From positions 186,001 through 250,000 of IMG/VR virus record IMGVR_UViG_3300023175_000005: a DNA stretch of 64,000 nucleotides, one strand, 5' to 3'. Each line of letters starts with the position of its first letter. Positions within the stretch are counted from its first letter, which is position 1. Below the pieces are notes generated by a model that worked only from the letters and a program-made list of their open reading frames with translations, searched no databases and was not told the origin of the DNA. Of this stretch, positions 1 through 9,718 are shown piece by piece. The translations under genes and the position numbers were made by a program.

Positions 1-2
1 TA

Positions 3-716
3 CACGGAACCAAAAGAATTGGTATGAAATTGTCAGGTGGACCTGACAGTGCAATGATTCTTTATATGATTTGTAAAAAAATAACTGATGAGAATATAGA
101 TATTGAATATATTCAACCAATTACTGCTACAGCAGATGTTAAACCATACAATATAAAATTTGCCAGAAGAGTAATTGAATGGATGCGAAATAGATATCCT
201 AATATTGAAATCAAAGATACACATTGTGCTGTATGCAGATATGAAGAATATAATTCTCGACAAGAAGAATTAGTAAGGGATTTAATTTTAAACAGAGATA
301 TTGATATTACATTTGCAGGAATTACAGCAAATCCTCCCGATGAAAAAGGCAGGAATTTTTGGCCTTGCAATCCTAAATACACTAGAGCAATTGAATTAGA
401 CTTTGACGAGCATCCTGAAGACATTTCAAATGCAGATTGGAATACAAGAGCAGTTGAAAGAGACGAACCTGATGTCGAAGTTTATTGGTCTACTTGGAGA
501 GGCAAGGACGAAAAAGTTCCAATGGTAAGACCTTTTATTAATCATGATAAAAGGAAAGTAGCAGAATTATATCATCACTACGATATTATGGAATTGTTTG
601 ATATAACAAGATCTTGTGAAAACAGAGATGGTCCTGCGCTAAACGATTTCGAAGATCATTGCGAAACAGAATGTTGGTGGTGCTATGAACGTAGATGGGC
701 CTTTGGGCGAGTTTAA
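3..716 (+). CDS. QueC-like PP-loop ATP pyrophosphatase (5'-truncated; frame is open to the window edge)
   Basis: LSGGPDS PP-loop; RPFINHDK; C-terminal TRSCE...HCETECWWCYERRWAF resembles the QueC Zn site; no in-frame stop upstream of ATG 24 (HGTKRIG-MKLSGG). Confidence 0.65.
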   Translation, partial: HGTKRIGMKLSGGPDSAMILYMICKKITDENIDIEYIQPITATADVKPYNIKFARRVIEWMRNRYPNIEIKDTHCAVCRYEEYNSRQEELVRDLILNRDIDITFAGITANPPDEKGRNFWPCNPKYTRAIELDFDEHPEDISNADWNTRAVERDEPDVEVYWSTWRGKDEKVPMVRPFINHDKRKVAELYHHYDIMELFDITRSCENRDGPALNDFEDHCETECWWCYERRWAFGRV

Positions 717-1620
717 GTATACAGGCTGGCACATTGAACTAACAAACAGATGTCCACTAGCATGTCCTGCATGTATTAGAACTATGCACGGGCCTGGTTC
801 TAAGTCAGACATTGATACTAAATTACTTCTCAACTTTTTGCCTAATCCTGAAAAATATGATTACATATTTTTTCAAGGTAATTTGGGAGATCCTATATAT
901 CATCCTGATTTCCACAAAATTTCAGAACATTTTTTCCCAGCAAATGAATTACAAGTTACAACAAATGGAATGCAAACAAAAGAGTTTTGGCAAAGAGTGC
1001 TAGAAACATGGCCCGAGTCTAGTATTGTTGAACTTAGTATAGACGGCCTACAAGACACTAATAGCATATACAGAGTTAACAGTAATTGGAACAAAATACA
1101 AGAACTTTTTGAACTTATAGCAACTACTAAACGCAAATGTCAGATTATATGGAAGTATATTGTTTTTGAACACAATCATCATCAAGTTGAAGAAGCAATA
1201 GCCTTAAGTAAAAAAATAGGCATGAATGAATTTAAAATTAAAAAAAGTTGGACTATACATGATGACATGTCCAATAATGGCCAAGTTAAAGACTATTATA
1301 ATCCAGAATGGTTTGATTATGTAAAAAGAGAAACACTTGACGAATTAGCACCTTTCTGTTATACTGGAGACATGCATTATATAAATTCGCAAGGTAACTA
1401 TTATCCTTGTTGTTGGATAGATAACGACATAAGTTCTGTAGGACACATATCAGAAGGTTTAGATAGTATTAAAGATAAATTTTTAAACTTTAGTAACTTA
1501 TTAATTTGGAGTAAATGTCCTAAAGTATGCAGAAAAATGTGTTGTAAAATTAGTGATAACGATAAAGAAATGATTACACCTAACAACGTTGTTGATAGAA
1601 AAATAATAGTAAATGATTGA
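685..1620 (+). CDS. Radical SAM protein with C-terminal twitch/SPASM-like Cys cluster
   Basis: CPLACPAC (CxxxCxxC), GNLGDP, TNG, SIDG; C-terminal PFC...YYPCC...CPKVCRKMC. Confidence 0.85.
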   Translation: MNVDGPLGEFKYTGWHIELTNRCPLACPACIRTMHGPGSKSDIDTKLLLNFLPNPEKYDYIFFQGNLGDPIYHPDFHKISEHFFPANELQVTTNGMQTKEFWQRVLETWPESSIVELSIDGLQDTNSIYRVNSNWNKIQELFELIATTKRKCQIIWKYIVFEHNHHQVEEAIALSKKIGMNEFKIKKSWTIHDDMSNNGQVKDYYNPEWFDYVKRETLDELAPFCYTGDMHYINSQGNYYPCCWIDNDISSVGHISEGLDSIKDKFLNFSNLLIWSKCPKVCRKMCCKISDNDKEMITPNNVVDRKIIVND

Positions 1621-2902
1621 ATTAGGAATTTGGAGTGGTATCGGTTTACTAACTGGTCTTTTAGCCGGGTTAGTGCCAGGTGCTGGTCCATTTGTTGCTA
1701 TTGGTGTCTTATACCCGTTTTTAGCGTCAACTAGTGCGGTTAATATTATGGCGTGTTATGTTGCTATACTCATTACCACTAACTATACTAATAGTGTTAC
1801 AGCAATCTTATACGGTATACCCGGAGATGCTACTGCAATTAGCACAGCAAGATACGGACATAAAATGTTTCAAAAAGGCGCAGGCGGCCTTGCTGTAACA
1901 AGTAACGCAATTAGTAGCACCGTTGGTGTAGCATTTGCAATGTGTTTGTTTTTAGTTGCCTTGCCTAGTATTATGCATGTATTCAAATTTTATAACAGTA
2001 TTATACAAACAATTGTAATACTAGTTGCAATATGTATGATTACATTTTTTACAAAACAGAATAAACTTTTGACATTATTACTGTTTTGTTTTGGAGGATT
2101 AATATCACATCAAGGAATTGATCCGATTACATTTGATCAGTTTCTTGTTTTTAACAATTTTTATCTTAGTTTAGGAATACCTTTTGCAAGTGTAATGATT
2201 GGATTGTATCTGTTTCCTGAGATACTAAAAATTCATAACATTTCTATTTCCCAACCTAGCAAGATAAGTAAGTATGCAATAGGAAAAGGCACATTTGGTC
2301 CAAGCCTGTTAGGTAGCTTTATTGGATTTTGGTGCGGTCTTATTCCTGGCATAACGAATATTCTTGGTAGTTATGCTAGTGCAGGCATTGTAAAACGCTT
2401 TTTTAAAAAGCCTGTACTTAAAAGCATTGCTGCCGCAGAGGCTGCTAACAATAGTGGAGCATTATCCAGTTTGTTGCCTTTGCTAATCCTTGCTATACCT
2501 ATTACGGGTAGTGAAGTAATTGTGTACTACTTGATGTTAGAAAGTGGTTATCAATTTAATATAGAAAACACAGTAGACAAACTGTCTTCTATACTTTACT
2601 TTATACCGGTAGTGACATTAATATGTTTACTTTTAAGTTGGTATGGTTTTAACCTGTTAGGTCAAATAGTGTATCTTTATAAACAATATAGAGTATATGC
2701 AAATACGTTGATCCTAACTACTATAAGTGTAATAAGTGTCGTTATCTTTCCTATACACGAATGGATGGTAGCATGTATACTGATTGCAATGGTACTAGGA
2801 TATTTTCTACGAAATTACGATACGAGCCCAGTCATTTATGGATATTTCCTTAGTGACTTGTTCTATGAAAGTTTTGTAAGGACTGTTATAATATTATCTT
2901 AG
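1613..2902 (+). CDS. tctA: Tripartite tricarboxylate transporter large membrane subunit, TctA family
   Basis: Polytopic hydrophobic protein with GLVPG, YGIPGDATA, GLIPG and AAAEAANNSGA motifs typical of TctA. Confidence 0.8.
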   Translation: MIELGIWSGIGLLTGLLAGLVPGAGPFVAIGVLYPFLASTSAVNIMACYVAILITTNYTNSVTAILYGIPGDATAISTARYGHKMFQKGAGGLAVTSNAISSTVGVAFAMCLFLVALPSIMHVFKFYNSIIQTIVILVAICMITFFTKQNKLLTLLLFCFGGLISHQGIDPITFDQFLVFNNFYLSLGIPFASVMIGLYLFPEILKIHNISISQPSKISKYAIGKGTFGPSLLGSFIGFWCGLIPGITNILGSYASAGIVKRFFKKPVLKSIAAAEAANNSGALSSLLPLLILAIPITGSEVIVYYLMLESGYQFNIENTVDKLSSILYFIPVVTLICLLLSWYGFNLLGQIVYLYKQYRVYANTLILTTISVISVVIFPIHEWMVACILIAMVLGYFLRNYDTSPVIYGYFLSDLFYESFVRTVIILS

Positions 2903-2910
2903 GAGAAAAA

Positions 2911-3678
2911 ATGAAAAAATTTATCACAGCACTAACAGCAATGTTTATTGCAACATCTGCAAACGCAGAAATTTTAATTGTAAATCCAGGTTCAGAAGAG
3001 GGTGCTTTTAGACAAGTATTGACTGAAATTGGAAACAAAATTGATCATCAATTTGTACAGGCAAATAATCCTGTAACAGCATCAACCTATTTAGCAAAAG
3101 GCAATGCACTTACTATTTGGAGTAGTGAATGGCCTGGAGATCCTAAAATGCCATCAGTAGAAGTAAGTGAAGACACACTTGTTGCTCTAATGACATATGA
3201 AACTATGATGTGTAGTAGAGAATTTACAACACTAGAAGATCTTAACGGACAGGAAGTAAAGATTGCAACATGGGGTAGCGCACCAGTAGCGAAATTCTTA
3301 GGAAACTTAGAACAAGCAACAGGAGCAACATTTACAGTTGTACCATTTGGTGGTAGTGGTAGTACAACAAAAGGTTATCTTGCAGGTGATGCAGATACAG
3401 TGTTTACTATTACAACTAGACAAACTGCTATCGAAGAAGATGCAAACACAACATGTTTTGCATTTAGTGAAACAGGCGATCTAGGTTTCCGTTTTGTTGA
3501 TGCAATCAACACAGTTTGGCTAGACAACAACACTACAACAGAACTTCGTGCAATTGTTGGTAATTTGTCTATGACACCAGAATGGCAAGATAAGTTTTCA
3601 GGCACAAAAACTTATATTGGCGGAACACCAACAAATGTTGCTATGTTTGAAGAAGCGGTAGAAAACTTCTCACAATGA
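2911..3678 (+). CDS. TctC/Bug-like periplasmic substrate-binding protein
   Basis: Sec signal ending ANA; VPFGGSGSTTKGYLAGDAD resembles the TctC VPYxGGxxA...GxxD motif; follows tctA with SD AGGAG. Confidence 0.7.
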   Translation: MKKFITALTAMFIATSANAEILIVNPGSEEGAFRQVLTEIGNKIDHQFVQANNPVTASTYLAKGNALTIWSSEWPGDPKMPSVEVSEDTLVALMTYETMMCSREFTTLEDLNGQEVKIATWGSAPVAKFLGNLEQATGATFTVVPFGGSGSTTKGYLAGDADTVFTITTRQTAIEEDANTTCFAFSETGDLGFRFVDAINTVWLDNNTTTELRAIVGNLSMTPEWQDKFSGTKTYIGGTPTNVAMFEEAVENFSQ

Positions 3679-4196
3679 ACTTCGAAATTAGACGCCTTTA
3701 TGTAGATAATCTACCTAGTCAGATATATGACTTTATGCAGTCGTGTGCTGAACAAGGATTAGAAAACAATGTTTCAAAGGTGTCTATGAAGTTTGGTAAA
3801 TGGAAAGATGAAGCGTGGTGGTGTACTTGGGTTGACAATAAAATTGTTAGCATAAGCGGCTGCCACGCTTTTGACGATTATATACCAGATAGTTACAGAG
3901 TTTGTTTGCGCACTGCAACACTTAAAGAATACAGAGGAAAAGCACCAGGAAGTATAAAAAAGATGCATAATGATTTTAATTGGGGTCATATACTTCCTTA
4001 TCAAATTGAGTATGCTAAAAGCAAAGGTGCTAAAAGAATAGTTTTTACAACAAATAGTGAAGTTGACAAAAGTCCAAACAGTTTTAGGACCAACAGGGTT
4101 GTTGAAAAAGTTTTCATTCCGCAAGGATTGTGTAGACTTGTTGAAAAAGATGCAGAAGTCTTCTATACGAAGCAAAATATTTGGGAAGTGATATGA
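3675..4196 (+). CDS. GNAT-fold acetyltransferase-like protein
   Basis: RTATLKEYRG motif A-like segment; ATGA coupling on both sides. Confidence 0.5.
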   Translation: MNFEIRRLYVDNLPSQIYDFMQSCAEQGLENNVSKVSMKFGKWKDEAWWCTWVDNKIVSISGCHAFDDYIPDSYRVCLRTATLKEYRGKAPGSIKKMHNDFNWGHILPYQIEYAKSKGAKRIVFTTNSEVDKSPNSFRTNRVVEKVFIPQGLCRLVEKDAEVFYTKQNIWEVI

Positions 4197-4834
4197 ACGA
4201 ACAATTGATTGCAATGCAAAGATTAGCCATGATGGGAGATTGGTTAGAATTAGATGTTTTTCATCATGATAATCTTATGAAAGAAATTGAACCATTCAAA
4301 GATGATTGGAAACCATACAATACTAGAAAACCTAACAATAGATGGGGATTAAGTGTTACTAGTTTAGATGGTGGTTTGAGCGGCATTCCTGACTTAGACA
4401 GTCTTTCAGAATACAATAAAAAATATAATACTAATATTACCAATCATGACATAGACAAGCCTACACCTGTATATGAGGCTAGTCCTACATTGCAAAGCAT
4501 TTTAGAACCTTTTAAACCATGGCTAGGACGCTGTCATTTTTTAAAATTAGATGAAGGTGGCTTTTTTCCTGAACACTATGATATTAATAAAACAACATAT
4601 GATTACGATGAAATAAGATTGATTGGTTTTGTTCATAACTGTAATAAACATTTTTTAAAATTTGTTTATGAAGATACAATACCACAGTATGATGATAGTA
4701 ATTTATTCTACTTCAATGCTAATAAAAGACACACTGTTTTTAGCACAGTTGATGATTGTATTATGCTTGTTGTTTGTTTAAAATTTGATACAGGATGTTA
4801 TAAAGCTTTACTTGACCAATATATTTGCTCGTAG
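4193..4834 (+). CDS. 2OG-Fe(II) oxygenase, aspartyl/asparaginyl beta-hydroxylase-like
   Basis: FLKLDEGGFFPEHYD (HxD) and distal His in NKRHTVFS; start moved to ATG 4193 (ATGA overlap). Confidence 0.7.
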   Translation: MNEQLIAMQRLAMMGDWLELDVFHHDNLMKEIEPFKDDWKPYNTRKPNNRWGLSVTSLDGGLSGIPDLDSLSEYNKKYNTNITNHDIDKPTPVYEASPTLQSILEPFKPWLGRCHFLKLDEGGFFPEHYDINKTTYDYDEIRLIGFVHNCNKHFLKFVYEDTIPQYDDSNLFYFNANKRHTVFSTVDDCIMLVVCLKFDTGCYKALLDQYICS

Positions 4835-6127
4835 TTTATTGTTTACTGAATTATAATTATCAAATAATTCTTTTTCATTTGTTCCTGTAATATCTAAATT
4901 TACATTAAAATTTTTATCTTGTAAATTTTGAAATGCAGGAATGCGTATGCCTGTCTTTATTTCAGTGTTTTGTTTATTTAGATATGGTGTAATATTTTCT
5001 AAATTTTTTACTTCTTTAATTTTTCCAGGTTGTAATACAGCACATCCCCATAATAGTCTTTTTTGTAAATTTATTTCTTTTCCTTGCAACATATTACTAA
5101 TAATTTTGCCATCGTTCATTCTGTCTAAAATGTTAACAAATTGTCCTGGTCTTGGATTAAAGTCAATAGCAACCTTTCTACCATTGTTAAAATGAAAGTC
5201 AGGACCTGCAAAAAACATATCTTTGATTGCAAGTTTATCTACAATAGTTTGCAAGAAGAATTGACATAATCCTGGAAAATCTGTAGGAACTTCATCTGCG
5301 GTTACAATCCATACTGCACGTTCTCTAACAATATCACTTTTTTTACTTTTACTATGACTTTCTATTGGATTGCTATTATGATCTAATTCGTCGCCATATT
5401 TTATCTTACTATTTTTTACATAGAATGCAATGTTTACTTTTCCATCTTTTACATATCCGTAAGGACTAATACTAGGTTCTTCGCTCCAAATATATTCTTG
5501 AAACATAATTTTACACGGTTTAAAATTAAAACGTTGTGTATGTATACCTTGTCTGTTAAGATCAAAAAATTCATTGTGTATATTCTTAGATTTAATATGA
5601 TCTAAGAAATGATGCATGTTATTCCATCTTCTATATTCTATTACAGGATTGCTTGCATCGTCACCTGGATAAAAGACGTTACTTCCTGTACCAATGTCTG
5701 GTTTACTAAACATTTCTTTGTTTTTAAATGCTTTTAGTTGGTTGTAAAATGTAGGAGTAATACTTTTTGGTACTAGTACATCCATACCAACTTGTCTACA
5801 AAAGTCATCAAACTTCTGTTTGTTGCTCAATATTTCTGCTGCAAATGCACTTATATTTTTAATGCCGTAAAATGATTCTAGTTGTGCTTGAATAGGAAGT
5901 AAGTTTTCGCTAATAGTATAAATTCTGTCTACACAACTGAAACGTTTTGTAATTTCAAGAATGTCAAACCCTTTACAAATAAACACTTCTTGTGGTAGAT
6001 CTATAAAATGTTCATGATCTGGTGCAGGTTCAAAATCAGTTACAATACTACAATTTTTTCTTAATGCTGTAACAAGGCCTTCGCATTTGTTTAAACTTCG
6101 TTCATGTGCTATTATTAGTGTTTTCAT
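4808..6127 (-). CDS. ATP-grasp fold ligase
   Basis: NKQKFDDFC, KPDIGTGS, FQEYI, IDFNPRPG motifs. Confidence 0.7.
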   Translation of the reverse strand: MKTLIIAHERSLNKCEGLVTALRKNCSIVTDFEPAPDHEHFIDLPQEVFICKGFDILEITKRFSCVDRIYTISENLLPIQAQLESFYGIKNISAFAAEILSNKQKFDDFCRQVGMDVLVPKSITPTFYNQLKAFKNKEMFSKPDIGTGSNVFYPGDDASNPVIEYRRWNNMHHFLDHIKSKNIHNEFFDLNRQGIHTQRFNFKPCKIMFQEYIWSEEPSISPYGYVKDGKVNIAFYVKNSKIKYGDELDHNSNPIESHSKSKKSDIVRERAVWIVTADEVPTDFPGLCQFFLQTIVDKLAIKDMFFAGPDFHFNNGRKVAIDFNPRPGQFVNILDRMNDGKIISNMLQGKEINLQKRLLWGCAVLQPGKIKEVKNLENITPYLNKQNTEIKTGIRIPAFQNLQDKNFNVNLDITGTNEKELFDNYNSVNNKLRANILVK

Positions 6128-6761
6128 TTATATCATGCTTTATCATATTCATACACATTATATACGCATTTTCAGAATATTGCAACCTAATTTTTTCTTC
6201 TTTGTACGGATATTTTTGTATAGTTTTTGACATGTTAAATGTATTTTGTCTAGTATCTTCTTCTAATGGAATTATTGGCTTGATAACTTCAAATGAATTA
6301 TTTTTGTTCATAAAGCCGTGATAGCAATTTGCAAGCCTAATATGGCTGATGTTTTTTGCTTGATCGCAAAATTCAGTTATGTTATCACACCAATTGTCTA
6401 GTTCTGCACTGTAGACTGTAGTGTTTGAATAATCTTTTGATAAAGTTTCTTTTGTAAAACCTAGCATACCTGGATAAAATATATGATTACTAACAAACTT
6501 TTCTGAATGAACTAACCCTAAATATCCACCTAAACTTAATCCAATGTGTATGCATTCGTCCGGAAAAGGAATATCATAGATCATTTCTTGTAGTGTAACA
6601 TCATGTTCATCTTCTAATGTCCAGTACAAGCAATCTATACCGTGCGGGCTAAAGTAATCATTTAAGATTACTTCATGCCCTAATTCTTCAAATTCTTTTT
6701 TAAGTTTTAACTCACAATTACCAATGCCCCCACTTCCGTGAGATATTACAATTGGTAACAA
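6102..6761 (-). CDS. Dienelactone-hydrolase-like alpha/beta hydrolase
   Basis: HGSGG, GLSLGG nucleophile elbow, LD and HGF catalytic motifs. Confidence 0.7.
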   Translation of the reverse strand: MLPIVISHGSGGIGNCELKLKKEFEELGHEVILNDYFSPHGIDCLYWTLEDEHDVTLQEMIYDIPFPDECIHIGLSLGGYLGLVHSEKFVSNHIFYPGMLGFTKETLSKDYSNTTVYSAELDNWCDNITEFCDQAKNISHIRLANCYHGFMNKNNSFEVIKPIIPLEEDTRQNTFNMSKTIQKYPYKEEKIRLQYSENAYIMCMNMIKHDINENTNNST

Positions 6762-8738
6762 TTATGCAGCCGTACCATCGTCTAAATTAATCCAAGCACC
6801 GTTTTGATAACCTTGGAATCTGTCTACTGATTCGTTGTAAATAACCATGCCGTTGACAGCAGTTAATGCATTTCTATTTGCTGTTGTGTATTGACCAAAC
6901 TGTATGTAGCCACCTGATGTGATAGTATTTTCTACAGCATCTACTATAATTGTAGAATCGTCAGCAACTAAACTACCTTTAAACGCCGACGCTGTAACAT
7001 CACCCTCAAAAATACCTGAACCATTAACATCTAATTCTGCACTAACAGTTGCTTTACCAATACCTACTTTGATTTGATCTGAATCGTTTGTTGTAAACAT
7101 AACAAACTTTTCGTCAATTGTCAAATCGTTGTTTTTAGCAACACCTATGAATAATGCATCGTGTCCAGCTGTAATTTTGGAACTATTGATATCCCCGTCA
7201 ATATCTGATATTGCGCCAAATTTTATTTCGCCTCTGATATCATAAACTCCGTCATCTAGTGCTGCATCTGCTTTATTCTTTTTGAGATCTAATTGCATTC
7301 TTCCTTCAAAAGAATTAAATTGAATAACTTGATCACCTGTTGTTTGCGATCTGTTTTCAAATAAAACTGTTAAATCATTTGGCAACCATCTAGTAAAGTG
7401 CATTTCTGATAGTTCTACTGATGTTAAACTAACAGATGCTTCGTCGTATAAGTCACCGAATGTATTACCAAATAAATCACCTTGGAAAACTCCTGTCGGT
7501 GAACATTCAAAAGCACCTATAAATAAATTTCCTGTAAAAGTTTTATCCGCTGCATTTACTATTACTGCTGAATCATCTGCAATAACATTACCTTGCACGT
7601 TACCATTAAGTTGATTACTTACACCATCAACAAGTATTGTAGAATCTTCGCCGATTAGATTACCTTGTACATCAATGGTATATGTTTGTCCGTCAACAAT
7701 ACCAATAGTAGGAGGAAAATTAAACAATCCGCTTGCATCACCCGTTACTCTATCAAAGTTACCAGTTGTTGCGTTAACTTCTTCAAACTTTGTTCCTACT
7801 CTACCAATTTTACCTGTTCCGCTAACAACAGGGACAACATCTTTGTTGTTTAAAAAGTTTACACCGTTGACGTTAACAGAGCCACTTGGTGCAGTAATAT
7901 CTATGTTTTGATCTGGTGATGTAATAACACCACTGCCTGTGTATTCTGTATCTGCTCTTAATTTTCCTGCAACAGAATCTACCATTACAAAACTACTGTC
8001 TGAGAAAATACTACCTGTAACGTCACCATCTAACGGACCAAAAATTTGATCAGCTTCTATATTACCGTTGAAGAATGAATTTCCGGTAATTGTTAATCCT
8101 AAACCAGCAAACGTTTGATTTGTTGCATCTAACAATAATGTGCTATCATCAGCAACAATGTTGATATTATAGTTACCACCACCTACAACACCTTCACCGC
8201 CACCTCCGCCAGTACTTGGAAGATTTGTTAAAAGACTACCGTCACCTACAAAAAAGTTTGCTGTTACTGTTTTAGAGAACGTATCAACCATAATAGTTGA
8301 ATCATCTGCTACTACATCACCTGTAATACTAATATCATATGTTTGGCCTTCGAGGATGCCTGTGCCTCCTCCTCCTCCGCCTGTTACTGGTAAGTTTGTA
8401 AGTCCGCTACCGTCACCTACAAATGACCCTGCGGTAACAGAACCAGTTGCTGTCATTGTATTTGCGCTAACATTAGCAGCAGCAGCAACTGATGTAGGAC
8501 TAATAGTACCACCGATTGTGATATTACCTGTACCTACAATGTCAAAGTTATTAAGATCTAAATTTTGGCTTAGTACTGCTGGGGAACCACTTACACTACC
8601 TGTAACTCTGATACCGCCTAGTGTGCTGCCATCGCCCACGTAAATTTCTTGTGTATCAGTTGTGTAAACTAGTTCGCCTTCTGCAAACGTAACGCCCAAC
8701 CTTTCAAGGTTTGTTCCGCGGCGAAGTCTCAATGTCAT
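6762..8738 (-). CDS. Tail fibre/structural protein with internal repeats
   Basis: MTLRLRRGT N-terminus common in phage fibres; Gly/Thr/Asp-rich; six (V/I)ADDS-type repeats and three GD(G/A)SxLxNxP blocks. Confidence 0.65.
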   Translation of the reverse strand: MTLRLRRGTNLERLGVTFAEGELVYTTDTQEIYVGDGSTLGGIRVTGSVSGSPAVLSQNLDLNNFDIVGTGNITIGGTISPTSVAAAANVSANTMTATGSVTAGSFVGDGSGLTNLPVTGGGGGGTGILEGQTYDISITGDVVADDSTIMVDTFSKTVTANFFVGDGSLLTNLPSTGGGGGEGVVGGGNYNINIVADDSTLLLDATNQTFAGLGLTITGNSFFNGNIEADQIFGPLDGDVTGSIFSDSSFVMVDSVAGKLRADTEYTGSGVITSPDQNIDITAPSGSVNVNGVNFLNNKDVVPVVSGTGKIGRVGTKFEEVNATTGNFDRVTGDASGLFNFPPTIGIVDGQTYTIDVQGNLIGEDSTILVDGVSNQLNGNVQGNVIADDSAVIVNAADKTFTGNLFIGAFECSPTGVFQGDLFGNTFGDLYDEASVSLTSVELSEMHFTRWLPNDLTVLFENRSQTTGDQVIQFNSFEGRMQLDLKKNKADAALDDGVYDIRGEIKFGAISDIDGDINSSKITAGHDALFIGVAKNNDLTIDEKFVMFTTNDSDQIKVGIGKATVSAELDVNGSGIFEGDVTASAFKGSLVADDSTIIVDAVENTITSGGYIQFGQYTTANRNALTAVNGMVIYNESVDRFQGYQNGAWINLDDGTAA

Positions 8739-8746
8739 TTTATGTT

Positions 8747-8792
8747 CTCCTAAGGTGATAATAGTATTTGTATGTATTTATCACCTTAGGAG
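8747..8792 (-). promoter_or_regulatory. 15-bp perfect hairpin sequestering the SD of the fibre gene, with late promoter TAAATAC at the loop edge
   Basis: 8747-8761 CTCCTAAGGTGATAA is the reverse complement of 8778-8792; minus-strand SD AGGAG at 8747-8751; TAAATA at 8775-8780. Confidence 0.8.
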
Positions 8793-8799
8793 GTTTTGT

Positions 8800-9150
8800 T
8801 TATCGATTTAGTTTAAGGAATTTATGAACTCTTTTAGCAAGATCGCTTTTTAGTTGTTTAGTATCTAGCCTAAAATCTACGATATCAATTTGGTCTTCGT
8901 ATTGCATAAACAAATTATCAAGGGTCTCTTCGATTTGGTCAATAGTTTGTTTTTTCTTACTATCGTCAACATCGATGTCCCATTGTGTACCGTTATGAAA
9001 CTTAATTACAATTCTACTGAGGTATTCAATAGGCAGTACTTCCATTTCAATGGATTCGAATATGTCATCCCAGTGTGTTTCCGTATCTGCTTCGTAATCA
9101 ATAAGTTTCTTAGGCACTTGTTGTTGTTTTTTTCTTTTTGGTAGGAACAA
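8800..9150 (-). CDS. Hypothetical protein
   Basis: 116-aa ORF in tightly packed minus-strand run. Confidence 0.6.
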   Translation of the reverse strand: MFLPKRKKQQQVPKKLIDYEADTETHWDDIFESIEMEVLPIEYLSRIVIKFHNGTQWDIDVDDSKKKQTIDQIEETLDNLFMQYEDQIDIVDFRLDTKQLKSDLAKRVHKFLKLNR

Positions 9151-9718
9151 GTTCTTCTGCTTGTTCTCTTAAGGCTTTGGCTTCTTTAAAAAGCCTATCT
9201 GCTTGTGATCTATAACTTGCTGCTAGATCTTCATCAGATAATACACTATCTGCTGGCGCAGAGGTCTGTTGTGCAACAGGTTCTTGTACATAATCATCTG
9301 CTGGCGCTGCTTGTGTTTTTGCTTCTTTGAACTCGGGCTTAATAGCAATATCGTCTAATGCTACACCTTGTTGTTCAGCAATAATCCTATTAAGTTCATC
9401 TAACATAATCGATGTTGATCTGTCAGGAACCATCTCAATTTCATTTGTTGGAAATTTATTTAATCTTCCCGTTGAATGAAATGCTGCAAGCATATTTCTG
9501 CCATCTGGCAAAGTATCGCGAGCCATTGCTTCTGCAAGTTCGTTTGAGGTTTGACCTGCTGGTGATTCAACAAGTCTCATTAGTGCATCATGTTCGTCTG
9601 ATGGTAGTGATTCGGTCATAACAACTAAACAATTTTCAACGTCATTTGGAATTGTTCTATATGCTACTACCACAGACTTCTTATTTTTTGCAAGTCTTCC
9701 TACGTGTTTAAGTGGCAT
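9110..9718 (-). CDS. Hypothetical protein
   Basis: 202-aa ORF overlapping neighbours. Confidence 0.65.
   Translation of the reverse strand: MPLKHVGRLAKNKKSVVVAYRTIPNDVENCLVVMTESLPSDEHDALMRLVESPAGQTSNELAEAMARDTLPDGRNMLAAFHSTGRLNKFPTNEIEMVPDRSTSIMLDELNRIIAEQQGVALDDIAIKPEFKEAKTQAAPADDYVQEPVAQQTSAPADSVLSDEDLAASYRSQADRLFKEAKALREQAEELVPTKKKKTTTSA

Noticed and set aside
8360-8380. (CCT)n run as a phase-variable tract
   Set aside because: It is an in-frame poly-Gly codon run; slippage would not change the frame
6762-8738. Diversity-generating retroelement target
   Set aside because: No reverse transcriptase and no nucleotide-level TR/VR pair with A-specific mismatches seen
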